Positions 1 through 9,227 of a stretch of DNA of 64,000 bases are shown piece after piece. Position numbers and translations under genes: made by a program. Numbering within the stretch: position 1 is the stretch's first letter; each line of letters begins with the position of its first letter. The notes under the pieces were generated by a model. It was not told the origin of the DNA, did no database searches, and saw only the letters and a program-made list of their open reading frames with translations. The DNA is from Alphaproteobacteria bacterium (lineage in GTDB: Bacteria > Pseudomonadota > Alphaproteobacteria > Rs-D84): positions 132,931 through 196,930 of the forward strand of contig SUUM01000001.1 of assembly GCA_015062525.1 (NCBI GenBank), in the 5' to 3' direction.

Positions 1-304
1 TTCATTGATATCCGCCCCTACATTACAACAACCAATATTAACCGCAGTTGGTCTAATCAGCCTGCAAATATTATTCGGCAATATTATTGAACCAAAATTA
101 ACAGGCAAAACATTAAACCTGTCAACCTTGGCCATATTGATAAACCTGGTTGTATGGGGAATGATTTGGGGGATTGCCGGCATGTTTTTCAGTGTACCAT
201 TACTGGTTGCAATCTATATTATATGCGCACAATTTGATTCAACCCGTTGGGTTGCAGTTCTGCTGTCTGCCGACGGGCAAATCCCTGACAAGGACGAAGA
301 ATAA
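1..304 (+). CDS. AI-2E family transporter (PerM/YhhT-like), C-terminal fragment; 5' end lies outside the window
   Basis: The C-terminal TM helices and the NIIEPKLxGxxLxLS / WGxxG...PL pattern are typical of AI-2E permeases. The ORF runs off the left edge. Confidence 0.55.
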   Translation, partial: SLISAPTLQQPILTAVGLISLQILFGNIIEPKLTGKTLNLSTLAILINLVVWGMIWGIAGMFFSVPLLVAIYIICAQFDSTRWVAVLLSADGQIPDKDEE

Positions 305-326
305 AAAAACGCGCTATACGCATAAA

Positions 327-348
327 AACCGGGGTTTTAACCCCGGTT
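327..348 (-). terminator. Rho-independent terminator hairpin at the ruvX 3' end
   Basis: AACCGGGGTT..AACCCCGGTT is a perfect inverted repeat. On the minus strand it is followed by TTTTT. Confidence 0.45.
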
Positions 349-786
349 TATCATTGCAATTGCATTTTCAAGTATTACACGCGCAGATTCAGAATCTAAC
401 CTTTCTTTTAATTCCCGCACACGAACACGTCCCATATTTTCTTGGGCAGTCGCCGACGTCAAATTTTCTTCTATCATACAAATTGGCAAATCTGTTTTTA
501 TCGCCAACTTCGCCACGAAATCATGCACCATTTTTGTTGTATCCGATACGCCACCATCACCACGCACGGGCACCCCAACAATAATCCCCACAACATTTTC
601 AGAACGCGCCACATCCGCAACCAAATCGGCATGATTTTCCGCCCCACGCGGCACAGAAATAACATCACGCACAAACACAAATTCGCGCGATGGGTCTGAT
701 ACTGCAACACCAATTCGGCGCAGTCCCCAATCAATACCCAAAACACGTCCATCACGCGGAAAAACCTTGAAATCTGGCAAAATCAT
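337..786 (-). CDS. ruvX: Holliday junction resolvase-like protein YqgF/RuvX
   Basis: It has the N-terminal GIDWGxRRIGVAVSD motif, a size of 149 aa and a C-terminal DExxTS-like segment. Confidence 0.85.
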   Translation of the reverse strand: MILPDFKVFPRDGRVLGIDWGLRRIGVAVSDPSREFVFVRDVISVPRGAENHADLVADVARSENVVGIIVGVPVRGDGGVSDTTKMVHDFVAKLAIKTDLPICMIEENLTSATAQENMGRVRVRELKERLDSESARVILENAIAMINRG

Positions 787-823
787 TGTATAATCCCTTT
801 ACTTTGTAAATATAGGATTGAAA

Positions 824-1120
824 ATGGCATTTAGCAAGCAACAATTACAAAAATTCGCGGACCTAATAAAAATCGAAATATCGGATGAAAAATTGGCCGA
901 AATGAATATTGACTCGGTTATTGAATGGCTGGACAAACTGCAAAAAATCGACACCCACGGCGTTGAACCATTACTAAACCCATCTGAACACGATTTACCG
1001 ATGCGCGATGACGTGGTAACCGATGGCAACATTCGCGATTTAGTATTGGCGAACACACCCGATAACGCCGGCGTTTCACGTGGTTATTTTGCGGTACCAA
1101 AGGTTATGGATGGTGAATAA
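824..1120 (+). CDS. gatC: Asp/Glu-tRNA amidotransferase subunit C
   Basis: About 98 aa with a GatC-like sequence (HGVEPLLNP...YFxVPKV). I prefer the ATG at 824, which has AGGA 6 nt upstream, over the TTG at 818. Confidence 0.85.
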   Translation: MAFSKQQLQKFADLIKIEISDEKLAEMNIDSVIEWLDKLQKIDTHGVEPLLNPSEHDLPMRDDVVTDGNIRDLVLANTPDNAGVSRGYFAVPKVMDGE

Positions 1121-1121
1121 A

Positions 1122-1553
1122 ATGCCAGACCCAGAAAAAAACATTCCCGTAAATTTTGTTCAATATGAACCATATGAACATTTCCCAAATCACATTGTGT
1201 CATTGGGCTGTCTTACACGGTGTGAACTTGATACTTTGATGGAAAAACTATCTACATCAAACGTTGCTGTCAACGCCTGTATAAAAAACCTAAATCTTGA
1301 ATACACGGAAAGCACGGGATTTGGTCGTGCCATCGGGGGCAACAAACGTCGTCGTTCACTATCTATTGACGGGATGTTTTATTTTGACCAATACCCACAA
1401 TGCGGCAAACAAAATTGCAACCTGGACGAAGAAGCGAAAATAAAACGTTGCGCACGCAATTTGAAAAATGGCAAATGCCAGGACGAATTTATCCGCAACA
1501 CATTGGGTGCAATTTTATACCCACACCACTATGCAAAAGATAAACAAAAGTAA
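1122..1553 (+). CDS. Hypothetical cysteine-rich protein inserted between gatC and gatA
   Basis: A 143-codon ORF starts 1 nt after the gatC stop and ends 12 nt before gatA. It has eight Cys residues, no signal peptide and no family I recognise. Confidence 0.45.
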   Translation: MPDPEKNIPVNFVQYEPYEHFPNHIVSLGCLTRCELDTLMEKLSTSNVAVNACIKNLNLEYTESTGFGRAIGGNKRRRSLSIDGMFYFDQYPQCGKQNCNLDEEAKIKRCARNLKNGKCQDEFIRNTLGAILYPHHYAKDKQK

Positions 1554-1565
1554 GAGAAACAAAAT

Positions 1566-3032
1566 ATGATTAACCTGACACTAAGCGAAGCATTACAAAA
1601 ATTAAATACCGGCGAAATTTCCGCTGTGGAATTAACACGGTGCTATTTGGACCGTATTGAAAAATATGGCGCGGACCTAAATTGCTATATCACAACGACC
1701 CCTGAACGCGCCATGGCGGACGCGGCCGCATCTGATGCACGCCGTGCGGCGGGTGACGCCCTGCCCATGGACGGTGCACCAATCGCGATGAAAGATTTAT
1801 TTGCCACACGTGGTATTCGCACAACGGCGGCATCACGCATGCTGGAAAACTTTGTACCCGAATACGAATCAACCGTTTCCCAGAAATTAATTAATGCCGG
1901 CACGGTTTTATTGGGCAAAGCCAACCTGGACGAATTCGCCATGGGTACATTCAGCAAAACGTCTTACTTTGGCGCACCAATTAACCCTTGGCAAATAGAA
2001 AAACATTTAACCGCTGGTGGTTCATCGGGCGGTTCCACATCTGCGGTTGCGGGGGGACTGGCGATTGCCGCGACTGGCACCGACACAGGTGGTTCAATTC
2101 GATTCCCGGCGGCTATTACCGGTATGGTTGGAATGAAACCAACATACGGGCTGTGTTCCCGTTGGGGTTGCGTCGCATTTGCATCCAGTCTGGACACCCC
2201 CGGCCCAATCACACGCACGGTTGACGACGCAGCATTAATGCTGGCCGCCATGGCGGGACATGACCCACTGGATTCGACCAGTGCCACAAACGGCTTTACA
2301 TGCACCGCGCCATTGGAACCAATCCTGGGCGACGGCAAAAAATTACGCGTTGGTATAATCAAAGAATTTTCAGATGTCAAAGTTTCTGATGACATGAAAA
2401 CATTATTTGAAAAACGTATTTCTGATTTGAAATCCATGGGCGCAGAAATTGTTGAAGTGTCTATTCCAAACATACTGGACGCATTGGCGGCATATTACAT
2501 CATCGCCCCGGCCGAGGCATCTTCAAACCTGGCACGCTATGATGGCATGCGTTATGGTCTGCGTGTCGAAGGCACAGACTTAATCGACACATACAAAAAG
2601 ACACGCGCAGCGGGCTTTGGCGACGAAGTACAACGTCGCATGATTATCGGCACAGCGGTACTCAGCAGCGAATCATACGATGTATATTTTATGCAGGCCG
2701 CACGCGTCCGTCGCATGATTGCGGACAGCTTTGCGTCTGCCTTTGAACAATGCGATTTGATTGTATGTCCATCCAGCGCTGGCACCGCCATGCCATTGGC
2801 ATCCGATTTATCACCATTAGAATATTACGCATTGGATTTATTCACGGTCGCTATGAATCTGGCGGGTGTACCTGCGTGCAGTGTTCCATGTGGCCTGGCA
2901 CAAAATGGTCTGCCACTGGGGATGCAGGTGGTTGGCCCACGTTTTGACGACAAGCGCGTTCTGCAATTGGCAAAACATATTGAAACGGCGGCCGACATTG
3001 ACAACCGCCCAACAACAATCATGGGGAAATAA
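1566..3032 (+). CDS. gatA: Glutamyl-tRNA(Gln) amidotransferase subunit A
   Basis: It carries the amidase signature GGSSGGS and is GatA-like over its full 488 aa. Confidence 0.95.
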   Translation: MINLTLSEALQKLNTGEISAVELTRCYLDRIEKYGADLNCYITTTPERAMADAAASDARRAAGDALPMDGAPIAMKDLFATRGIRTTAASRMLENFVPEYESTVSQKLINAGTVLLGKANLDEFAMGTFSKTSYFGAPINPWQIEKHLTAGGSSGGSTSAVAGGLAIAATGTDTGGSIRFPAAITGMVGMKPTYGLCSRWGCVAFASSLDTPGPITRTVDDAALMLAAMAGHDPLDSTSATNGFTCTAPLEPILGDGKKLRVGIIKEFSDVKVSDDMKTLFEKRISDLKSMGAEIVEVSIPNILDALAAYYIIAPAEASSNLARYDGMRYGLRVEGTDLIDTYKKTRAAGFGDEVQRRMIIGTAVLSSESYDVYFMQAARVRRMIADSFASAFEQCDLIVCPSSAGTAMPLASDLSPLEYYALDLFTVAMNLAGVPACSVPCGLAQNGLPLGMQVVGPRFDDKRVLQLAKHIETAADIDNRPTTIMGK

Positions 3033-3065
3033 AAAATGAACAACCGCACCATCTTCTTTTCAGAG

Positions 3066-3091
3066 AATAAAAAAATCGACCACGCGGTCGA
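3066..3091 (-). terminator. Terminator downstream of tRNA-Phe
   Basis: The hairpin TCGACC-ACGC-GGTCGA is followed on the minus strand by a T7 run. It has the same CGACC..GGTCG design as the two terminators near tRNA-Lys. Confidence 0.6.
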
Positions 3092-3108
3092 ATTCAGAAA
3101 GGAGATGA

Positions 3109-3184
3109 TGGTGGCTAGGGACGGAATCGAACCGCCGACACAGGGATTTTCAGTCCCTTGCTCTACCAACTGAGCTACCTAGCC
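3109..3184 (-). tRNA. tRNA-Phe (anticodon GAA), CCA encoded
   Basis: The reverse complement folds as a 76-nt cloverleaf: acceptor GGCTAGG/CCTAGCC, D arm GCTC-AGTTGGTA-GAGC, anticodon loop CTGAAAA and T loop TTCGATT. Confidence 0.93.
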
Positions 3185-3196
3185 AACGCGAGGACA

Positions 3197-3225
3197 ATAA
3201 TAAGATACGAAAAATAAAAAAGCAA
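3197..3225 (-). promoter_or_regulatory. Sigma70-like promoter for tRNA-Phe
   Basis: The minus strand reads TTGCTT-N17-TATTAT. The -10 element ends 12 nt upstream of the tRNA 5' end. Confidence 0.5.
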
Positions 3226-3239
3226 GGGAAAAAGATAAA

Positions 3240-4760
3240 ATGTTCACAATAAAAGGCAAAACATGTGATTGGGAATTGGTAATCGGTCTGGAAACCCATA
3301 TCGAAGTACTGTCCGAATCGAAATTATTCAGTGGCGCATCTGCGGACTATAATCCAACCGTCGCCCCCAACACCCAGGTTTCTATGGTAGATGTCGCGAT
3401 GCCGGGCATGTTGCCGGTATTAAATAAATACTGTGTTGACCAGGCAATTAAATTCGGCTTGGGAATTAACGCTGAAATTTCACGCCACAGTCGTTTTGCC
3501 CGCAAACAATATTTCTATCCCGACCTGCCCCAGGGATACCAGATTTCACAACCCGCCGACGAAGCACCCGTTGTTGGTCGTGGCTGGGTTGAAATTATGG
3601 GCGATGACGGCAACCCTAAAAAAATATTTATCGAACGCGCACATTTGGAACAGGACGCCGGCAAATTAAAACACGACGTTCATCCAACAAAATCCTTTGC
3701 TGACTATAACCGCACGGGCGTTGCGCTGCTGGAAATCGTCACATACCTGGATACAAAAAATCCAGAAAACAATTCGTACATTTCATCCCCTGACGAAGCC
3801 GAACGTTATCTGCGCGAAATCCGCGAAATCGCCCGCGCGCTGGGTGTGTCCAAGGCAAATATGGAAGAAGGCTCTATGCGTGCTGACGTAAATGTATCGG
3901 TTCGTCCGGTGGGTTCTAATGAATTTCGCACACGTACCGAAACAAAAAATATGGTGTCATTTAAATTTATTAAATCCGCCATTGAATTTGAGGCACGTCG
4001 TCAAATCGAAATCTATGAAAATGGTGGCACCGTTTCCCAGGACACAATGCGCTATCACCAAGATGACGGCACAACATCCGTAATGCGCAGCAAAGAAGAC
4101 GCGCTTGATTATCGTTATTTCCCGGACCCAGATTTGTTGCCAATCGTGATTACAGACGAACAAATTGAACGTATCCGCCGCACTATGCCGGAATTACCAT
4201 CCGCAACCCGCACGCGCTATACGCATGAATTCGGGCTGTCTGAATATGATGCTGCGCGCTTAACCGAAACGGTTGACATTTCACATTGGTTCGATTCCGC
4301 AGTGAACGGAAAAAAAGACAACGCAAAATCAATTGCCAACTGGATGATTTCCGAACTGTTTGCACACCCAGAAAATTGGGACGTAAAAAATGAAAAATCC
4401 GGGATTGTGGACGACATGCGTATCATCACACCATCTGATTTGTCAGAATTGGTTGATATGATTGGCGAAAACACAATCAACGGCAAACAGGCCAAAGAAA
4501 TCTTTATCAAAATGTTGGATGGGGAATCCGGCACACCACGCGAAATCGCAGATAAATTCGGCATGAAGCAGATGACCGACACCGCCGCAATCGAAGGCAT
4601 TGTTGACGAAGTCATCGCCGCCAACCCCGCCCAGGTTGAACAATATAAATCTGGCAAGGTGGGATTACTGGGCTTCTTTGTAGGTAACGTTATGAAGAAA
4701 ACCGGTGGCACCGCCAATCCCGCCGTTGTAAATGAAATTTTAAGAAACAAACTTGCATAA
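3240..4760 (+). CDS. gatB: Asp/Glu-tRNA amidotransferase subunit B
   Basis: It is GatB-like over the full length (WELVIGLETHxxL, C-terminal YqeY-like tail), 506 aa. Confidence 0.95.
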   Translation: MFTIKGKTCDWELVIGLETHIEVLSESKLFSGASADYNPTVAPNTQVSMVDVAMPGMLPVLNKYCVDQAIKFGLGINAEISRHSRFARKQYFYPDLPQGYQISQPADEAPVVGRGWVEIMGDDGNPKKIFIERAHLEQDAGKLKHDVHPTKSFADYNRTGVALLEIVTYLDTKNPENNSYISSPDEAERYLREIREIARALGVSKANMEEGSMRADVNVSVRPVGSNEFRTRTETKNMVSFKFIKSAIEFEARRQIEIYENGGTVSQDTMRYHQDDGTTSVMRSKEDALDYRYFPDPDLLPIVITDEQIERIRRTMPELPSATRTRYTHEFGLSEYDAARLTETVDISHWFDSAVNGKKDNAKSIANWMISELFAHPENWDVKNEKSGIVDDMRIITPSDLSELVDMIGENTINGKQAKEIFIKMLDGESGTPREIADKFGMKQMTDTAAIEGIVDEVIAANPAQVEQYKSGKVGLLGFFVGNVMKKTGGTANPAVVNEILRNKLA

Positions 4761-4775
4761 AAAAAGGACACAAAC

Positions 4776-4958
4776 ATGCATAAAAAAGAACACAAAATAG
4801 TAAAAATGATTGAAAACGATCCAATCACCGGCGTAAAATACGCTGCAGTCGAAGCACCAGAAACACAGACTGGAATCAAATACGCACAGAAACAATATAA
4901 AAACGCACGAAATGTATACAACCAAAAAATTCGTAACGAACGTATAAAGAACAAATAA
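4776..4958 (+). CDS. Small basic hypothetical protein (60 aa)
   Basis: The ORF has AAGGA upstream and sits in the gatB-miaB gap. There is no recognisable domain. Confidence 0.25.
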   Translation: MHKKEHKIVKMIENDPITGVKYAAVEAPETQTGIKYAQKQYKNARNVYNQKIRNERIKNK

Positions 4959-4959
4959 A

Positions 4960-5130
4960 ATGTACACATCGATAAAGCGCACTTTACGCGAAATGGCGCA
5001 TTCCGAAGCCATGTCAAAAATTCATTCCCAAGAATGGACCGAACGCATGCGCGCATGTCGCCATGCATTTGACACGGCAACCACGCGCCAAATAAAGCGC
5101 CTGCGCAATGAACACACCAAGCACAAGTAA
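4960..5130 (+). CDS. Small basic hypothetical protein (56 aa)
   Basis: I found this ORF by hand translation (MYTSIKRTLREMAHSE...). It starts 1 nt after the previous stop and ends 7 nt before the miaB ATG at 5138. Confidence 0.2.
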   Translation: MYTSIKRTLREMAHSEAMSKIHSQEWTERMRACRHAFDTATTRQIKRLRNEHTKHK

Positions 5131-5137
5131 GACAAAC

Positions 5138-6436
5138 ATGAAAAAATTCTTTATCCAAACCTTTGGTTGTCAAATGAATGTTTATGATGGCTGGCGCATT
5201 GCTGCGATGCTGGAACACCGCGGTATGGCGCGTACAGACGATGTTTCCGATGCAGACATCATCATTCTGAACACCTGCGCGGTTCGCGCCAAGGCAACGG
5301 ATAAAGTCTTTTCTGCCCTGGGGCGCATACGGCGCGCGAAAAAGCCAACCGCCCTGTTCGGCATTGTTGGTTGTGTCGCACGCGAATCGGGCGCAGACGC
5401 ATTTCGTCGCATCCCCGATTTGAACTTTGTCTTGGGACCGCAAAGCTATCACAAATTACCAGACATCTTGGAAAACCCAGATGCCCGCTTGTTAAACATT
5501 GACCTGGGCGGCTTGGAAAAGTTTGATTCCCTGCCCCAAATGGAAAAATCACCACGCGTTGCGTACATCCCAATCCAAGAAGGTTGCAACCACGTCTGCA
5601 CATATTGTATTGTTCCATACACACGCGGACGCGAAATTTCACGTTCATTCGAATCGGTTATGGCGGAAACTTTGCACGCTGCAAAAACCGGCGCAATTGA
5701 AATTTGTTTTTTGGGACAAAATGTCAACGGCTATAAATACACCGACGAAAACGGCACGATTTATCGCCTGTCTGATTTAATTCGTGAAACCGCAAAAATC
5801 CCAGAAATCATGCGTATACGCTTTACATCCAGTTATCCAACCGAAATGACAGATGACCTGATTGACATGTTCAAGACGGAACCAAAATTACTGCCATTTT
5901 TGAACATGCCAATTCAAAGTGGCGCGCCCACTGTGCTGACCCGCATGAATCGTCCATACAGTTTGGAATTATACACCGACATCATTCGCAAATTAAAAAT
6001 CGCACGTCCCGACATTCAAATTTCATCGGACTTTATCGTTGGTTTCCCCGGCGAATCGGACCAAGATTTTGAACAAACAATGCGTATTGCGGAACAAATA
6101 AAATATATCAATTCATACTCATTCAAATATTCACCGCGCCCACATACCGTGGCGGCATTAATGCCGGACCAGATACCCGAGAATATCAAGGCCGCACGTC
6201 TGGCACGACTGGACACACGCCTGAATGAAATTCAGCGCGACTTTAATGAATCTTGTATTGATAAAACATTATCCTGCCTGCTGGAAGGGTCTGACAAAAC
6301 CGGACGCCACCTGGTATATCGCACACCATTCATGCAACAATGCATTGTGGAATTCCGCGACAACGCGCCAGAACTGGCGGATATAAAAATTACTGCCGCG
6401 AACAAGGCATCCCTGCGCGGCAAGTTTATCGATTAA
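5138..6436 (+). CDS. miaB: tRNA-2-methylthio-N6-dimethylallyladenosine synthase
   Basis: It has the UPF0004 motif FGCQMN, the radical-SAM motif CNHVCTYCIVP and a TRAM-like C-terminus. I chose the start at MKKFF. Confidence 0.9.
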   Translation: MKKFFIQTFGCQMNVYDGWRIAAMLEHRGMARTDDVSDADIIILNTCAVRAKATDKVFSALGRIRRAKKPTALFGIVGCVARESGADAFRRIPDLNFVLGPQSYHKLPDILENPDARLLNIDLGGLEKFDSLPQMEKSPRVAYIPIQEGCNHVCTYCIVPYTRGREISRSFESVMAETLHAAKTGAIEICFLGQNVNGYKYTDENGTIYRLSDLIRETAKIPEIMRIRFTSSYPTEMTDDLIDMFKTEPKLLPFLNMPIQSGAPTVLTRMNRPYSLELYTDIIRKLKIARPDIQISSDFIVGFPGESDQDFEQTMRIAEQIKYINSYSFKYSPRPHTVAALMPDQIPENIKAARLARLDTRLNEIQRDFNESCIDKTLSCLLEGSDKTGRHLVYRTPFMQQCIVEFRDNAPELADIKITAANKASLRGKFID

Positions 6437-6437
6437 A

Positions 6438-7970
6438 TTAAAACCAAACCCGACCACCAACTGATATTTTATACGAATAAATATCAAACATGCGCGATAC
6501 AGCAAAACCTATGTTTGCCCCCGCCCCGTCATATTCCGACCAAACCCCAGCACGCGCATTAACCATAATTTCATTATCTGAATTTGCGTTAACACCAACA
6601 CCATAATCATAACTTATTCCCAACATTTGATATGCATACCCCACATCCACACCAACACGACCACGAATATCCACGTCCGACACATCTGCCACAATCGTCC
6701 CAACCGTATCCAGACCAACAAACGGCGCAACATAAAACGAATCGGAAAATTCATGCCTATACCCAAAATCCGCCACACCACCAACATAGACCGCAGATGG
6801 ATTATTTATAATTTCACCATCATAAAATACATTTCCCACATCAAAATCAAACCGAATTACATTTGCCATACCGTACACAAACAGATTGCGTTTCATCAAA
6901 TAATTTGCACTTAAATTCAATCCATAATACAACCCATTAAAACTATCTAATTCAGATTCATATTCCATATCGCCAAAATGCAAACCTATTCTAAATTCAA
7001 GTTTCTCAAAATTTCCACCAATGCCGGCACCCATACCATACGAATAAAAATTATCAGAAAACACAATATCAAAATCCGCATCAATGCCCGTTCCCCCACC
7101 AGTCGTAAATTTATTAAATTCACCTAACATACGAACCGGCCTTAATAATAATTCCGGATTCATACGCACAGACCGCGCCATAACTCTATGCAGGGCATCC
7201 ATATCTGGCGCCACGTCCAATGCACGAACCAAACCATCATCTGGACGTTGGACCCGCAAATTGTTCAGGAACACCCCCATATCATTATCAAAAATCTTTT
7301 TATAATCCGTTTCACGAACACGCTTTACAAATAATTGATTATCAACCAAATAGCTAACATCTGCGTACAAAGGATTTTCGTTATTGGACACAATCCGCAC
7401 ACGTCCATCGCCTGAAACATTACCGATTATCGGCATATCATACAGTCCACCTAAATCATCGGCCATCAATACAATATCACCCCGCAAATCTATATTTACC
7501 CCACTCATCAAAATAACATCAGATATATTAAGTACAGAATCCTTCAAAATTATATTATTCAGCGAATCGCCATTAAGCCCATTCCCCAGGTTCAATCCAT
7601 CCACCCCATCAATCATTAACGTGTATTTGACATCCGCATCTATTGGCTTCCATTCATCTGCACCGGCCACAACCTGAATAACCCTTGAATTATTCCCAAG
7701 ACTAAAATCTGCAACAAAATCACCACTGTTATGAATAAAAATCTGACATCCATCACAAATCGAAAACATGGTATTAACACGACCATTATTTACAAAATCA
7801 AGTGTATCATTAACATTCACTACCCCCGGCCGAAACATTACATTTTCATACACCACACTATCCGTTGAGATATCGACATTGGCACTAAATTCATCCCCTA
7901 TAAACGAATCGGCAAACGCGCTAGATATGCACGCAACCCATCCCCATAAAGCAACGAAAAACAATTTCAT
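6438..7970 (-). CDS. Autotransporter-type outer membrane protein
   Basis: It has a signal peptide, a repetitive Asn/Gly/Asp-rich passenger and a C-terminal beta-barrel with alternating aromatic residues that ends in W-F. Confidence 0.6.
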   Translation of the reverse strand: MKLFFVALWGWVACISSAFADSFIGDEFSANVDISTDSVVYENVMFRPGVVNVNDTLDFVNNGRVNTMFSICDGCQIFIHNSGDFVADFSLGNNSRVIQVVAGADEWKPIDADVKYTLMIDGVDGLNLGNGLNGDSLNNIILKDSVLNISDVILMSGVNIDLRGDIVLMADDLGGLYDMPIIGNVSGDGRVRIVSNNENPLYADVSYLVDNQLFVKRVRETDYKKIFDNDMGVFLNNLRVQRPDDGLVRALDVAPDMDALHRVMARSVRMNPELLLRPVRMLGEFNKFTTGGGTGIDADFDIVFSDNFYSYGMGAGIGGNFEKLEFRIGLHFGDMEYESELDSFNGLYYGLNLSANYLMKRNLFVYGMANVIRFDFDVGNVFYDGEIINNPSAVYVGGVADFGYRHEFSDSFYVAPFVGLDTVGTIVADVSDVDIRGRVGVDVGYAYQMLGISYDYGVGVNANSDNEIMVNARAGVWSEYDGAGANIGFAVSRMFDIYSYKISVGGRVWF

Positions 7971-8015
7971 TTTCTACCTTTCTCGAAAGATAGCACACAG
8001 GAATATATTCCAAAA

Positions 8016-8052
8016 GAAAAAAAATAAAAACACCCCGGTATAACTACCGGGG
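8016..8052 (-). terminator. Terminator after the lipoprotein gene
   Basis: CCCCGGTA-TAAC-TACCGGGG forms an 8-bp stem. On the minus strand it is followed by a T-rich run. Confidence 0.65.
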
Positions 8053-8078
8053 CTTAGACATCTGTTATTTATGCAAGA

Positions 8079-8636
8079 TTATTTTTCCAATTTGCCCCAT
8101 CCGGCCTTATAACCACCATCACGTTCCAGATAGATATTTGCACCATTCAACTGCGCCGCACTTAATCCCTGAATCATATAAGTCTGATTCAAATGACGGC
8201 TTTCGCCTGTCTGCAACATAGGCAATTGAATATTTACTTTTTTAGAATTATTGCAACACGCTGCATCATTATAGCATGCACTGCACTGATACATTTTTAC
8301 AGTATATGGCACACCCGGACGCAAGTCTTTCAAATCAACCATCATTTTCAGACCATTATCTGTGTCTTTGAATTTAATGTGTCCCATTTTTGATTCACCA
8401 CCACGGCTGCTGTGGGTGTACATTTTTGCATAAACATGATTTACATCAGCATCTTCGTATGTCTGATAAACAACAATGGCATCTGTTTCTTCTACAACCG
8501 CCACAGGTTGAACACGCTGTACCGGTTTATGATGACGCGCCTTTTTATTTGGACATTCCATCATACAACCAGATAGCAGTACCGCCGCACCCAAAACAGA
8601 TGCAAACATAAATAATTTTTTGGTCAAGTTTTTCAT
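8079..8636 (-). CDS. Lipoprotein, hypothetical; possibly a Cu/Zn-SOD-like beta-sandwich that lacks the metal ligands
   Basis: It has the lipobox LLSGC. The segment GHIKFKDTDNGLKMMVDLKDLRPG...LPML...L.GANIYLE follows the spacing of SodC strands, but the His ligands are absent. Confidence 0.4.
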   Translation of the reverse strand: MKNLTKKLFMFASVLGAAVLLSGCMMECPNKKARHHKPVQRVQPVAVVEETDAIVVYQTYEDADVNHVYAKMYTHSSRGGESKMGHIKFKDTDNGLKMMVDLKDLRPGVPYTVKMYQCSACYNDAACCNNSKKVNIQLPMLQTGESRHLNQTYMIQGLSAAQLNGANIYLERDGGYKAGWGKLEK

Positions 8637-8710
8637 ATTATTTTCTCCTTTTGTTCCGTGTATTTACACACAATAAATATAGCACGCAAAAACCCAATTT
8701 ACCCCAGGTT

Positions 8711-8737
8711 TGATTTCCCAGGAATTCCCAGAAATCA
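8711..8737. promoter_or_regulatory. Nested palindrome, candidate operator in a divergent promoter region
   Basis: The sequence is TGATTTC-CCA-GGAATTCC-CA-GAAATCA, which also contains the direct repeat TTCCCAG. It lies between the divergent genes 8079-8636 and 8829-9185. Confidence 0.3.
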
Positions 8738-8828
8738 TGCGTATAGCGCACTATGAAACCACTCCTATAACAATAAAAATTTCTTTCTGATATTTTGATA
8801 TACATACAATAAATCCAAGGGGGGGAAC

Positions 8829-9185
8829 ATGTATATATTAATGCAACACTTAATCGCGTTCAAATACGCATGTAAAATAAATCATTGGTCCACAGACAGT
8901 TATTCAAAACACCTGTTGTTCGACCGTCTGGCTGAAGACATCGACACCTGGGTCGATTCGATTGCCGAAAATTATTTTATGGCAGATGACAATAAAAAAG
9001 TATTCAAGCCGGACATCTTGAACCCAAAATTAATCAATCGGGATTTGGTAAAAATGTCTTTAACAATAATATCGCACCTTGAAGAATTACAAACCGACGG
9101 CGAAACGAACGAAGGCTTAAACTCGATGCTTAGCGCAATCGAAGAAGACTTCTTAAACAAACTTGCCCTTGCAAAACTTGCGTAA
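8829..9185 (+). CDS. Hypothetical protein, short ferritin/Dps-like helical protein
   Basis: HWSTDSYSKHLLFDRLAEDIDTWVDSIAE resembles the Dps HWNVxG..F..LH..FEE....D.IAER region. The protein is only 118 aa. Confidence 0.35.
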   Translation: MYILMQHLIAFKYACKINHWSTDSYSKHLLFDRLAEDIDTWVDSIAENYFMADDNKKVFKPDILNPKLINRDLVKMSLTIISHLEELQTDGETNEGLNSMLSAIEEDFLNKLALAKLA

Positions 9186-9216
9186 ATCCCCCCCGCATAC
9201 GCGGGGGATTTTTTTC
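9186..9216 (+). terminator. Rho-independent terminator
   Basis: The GC hairpin TCCCCCCGC-ATAC-GCGGGGGA is followed by T7. Confidence 0.7.
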
Positions 9217-9227
9217 AACAATTGAAA

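Noticed and set aside
4217-5452. A 411-aa minus-strand ORF.
   Set aside because: It runs antisense across the 3' end of gatB, the intergenic region and the 5' end of miaB. Its translation is low-complexity and Cys/Phe-rich with no motifs. The plus-strand genes are unambiguous.
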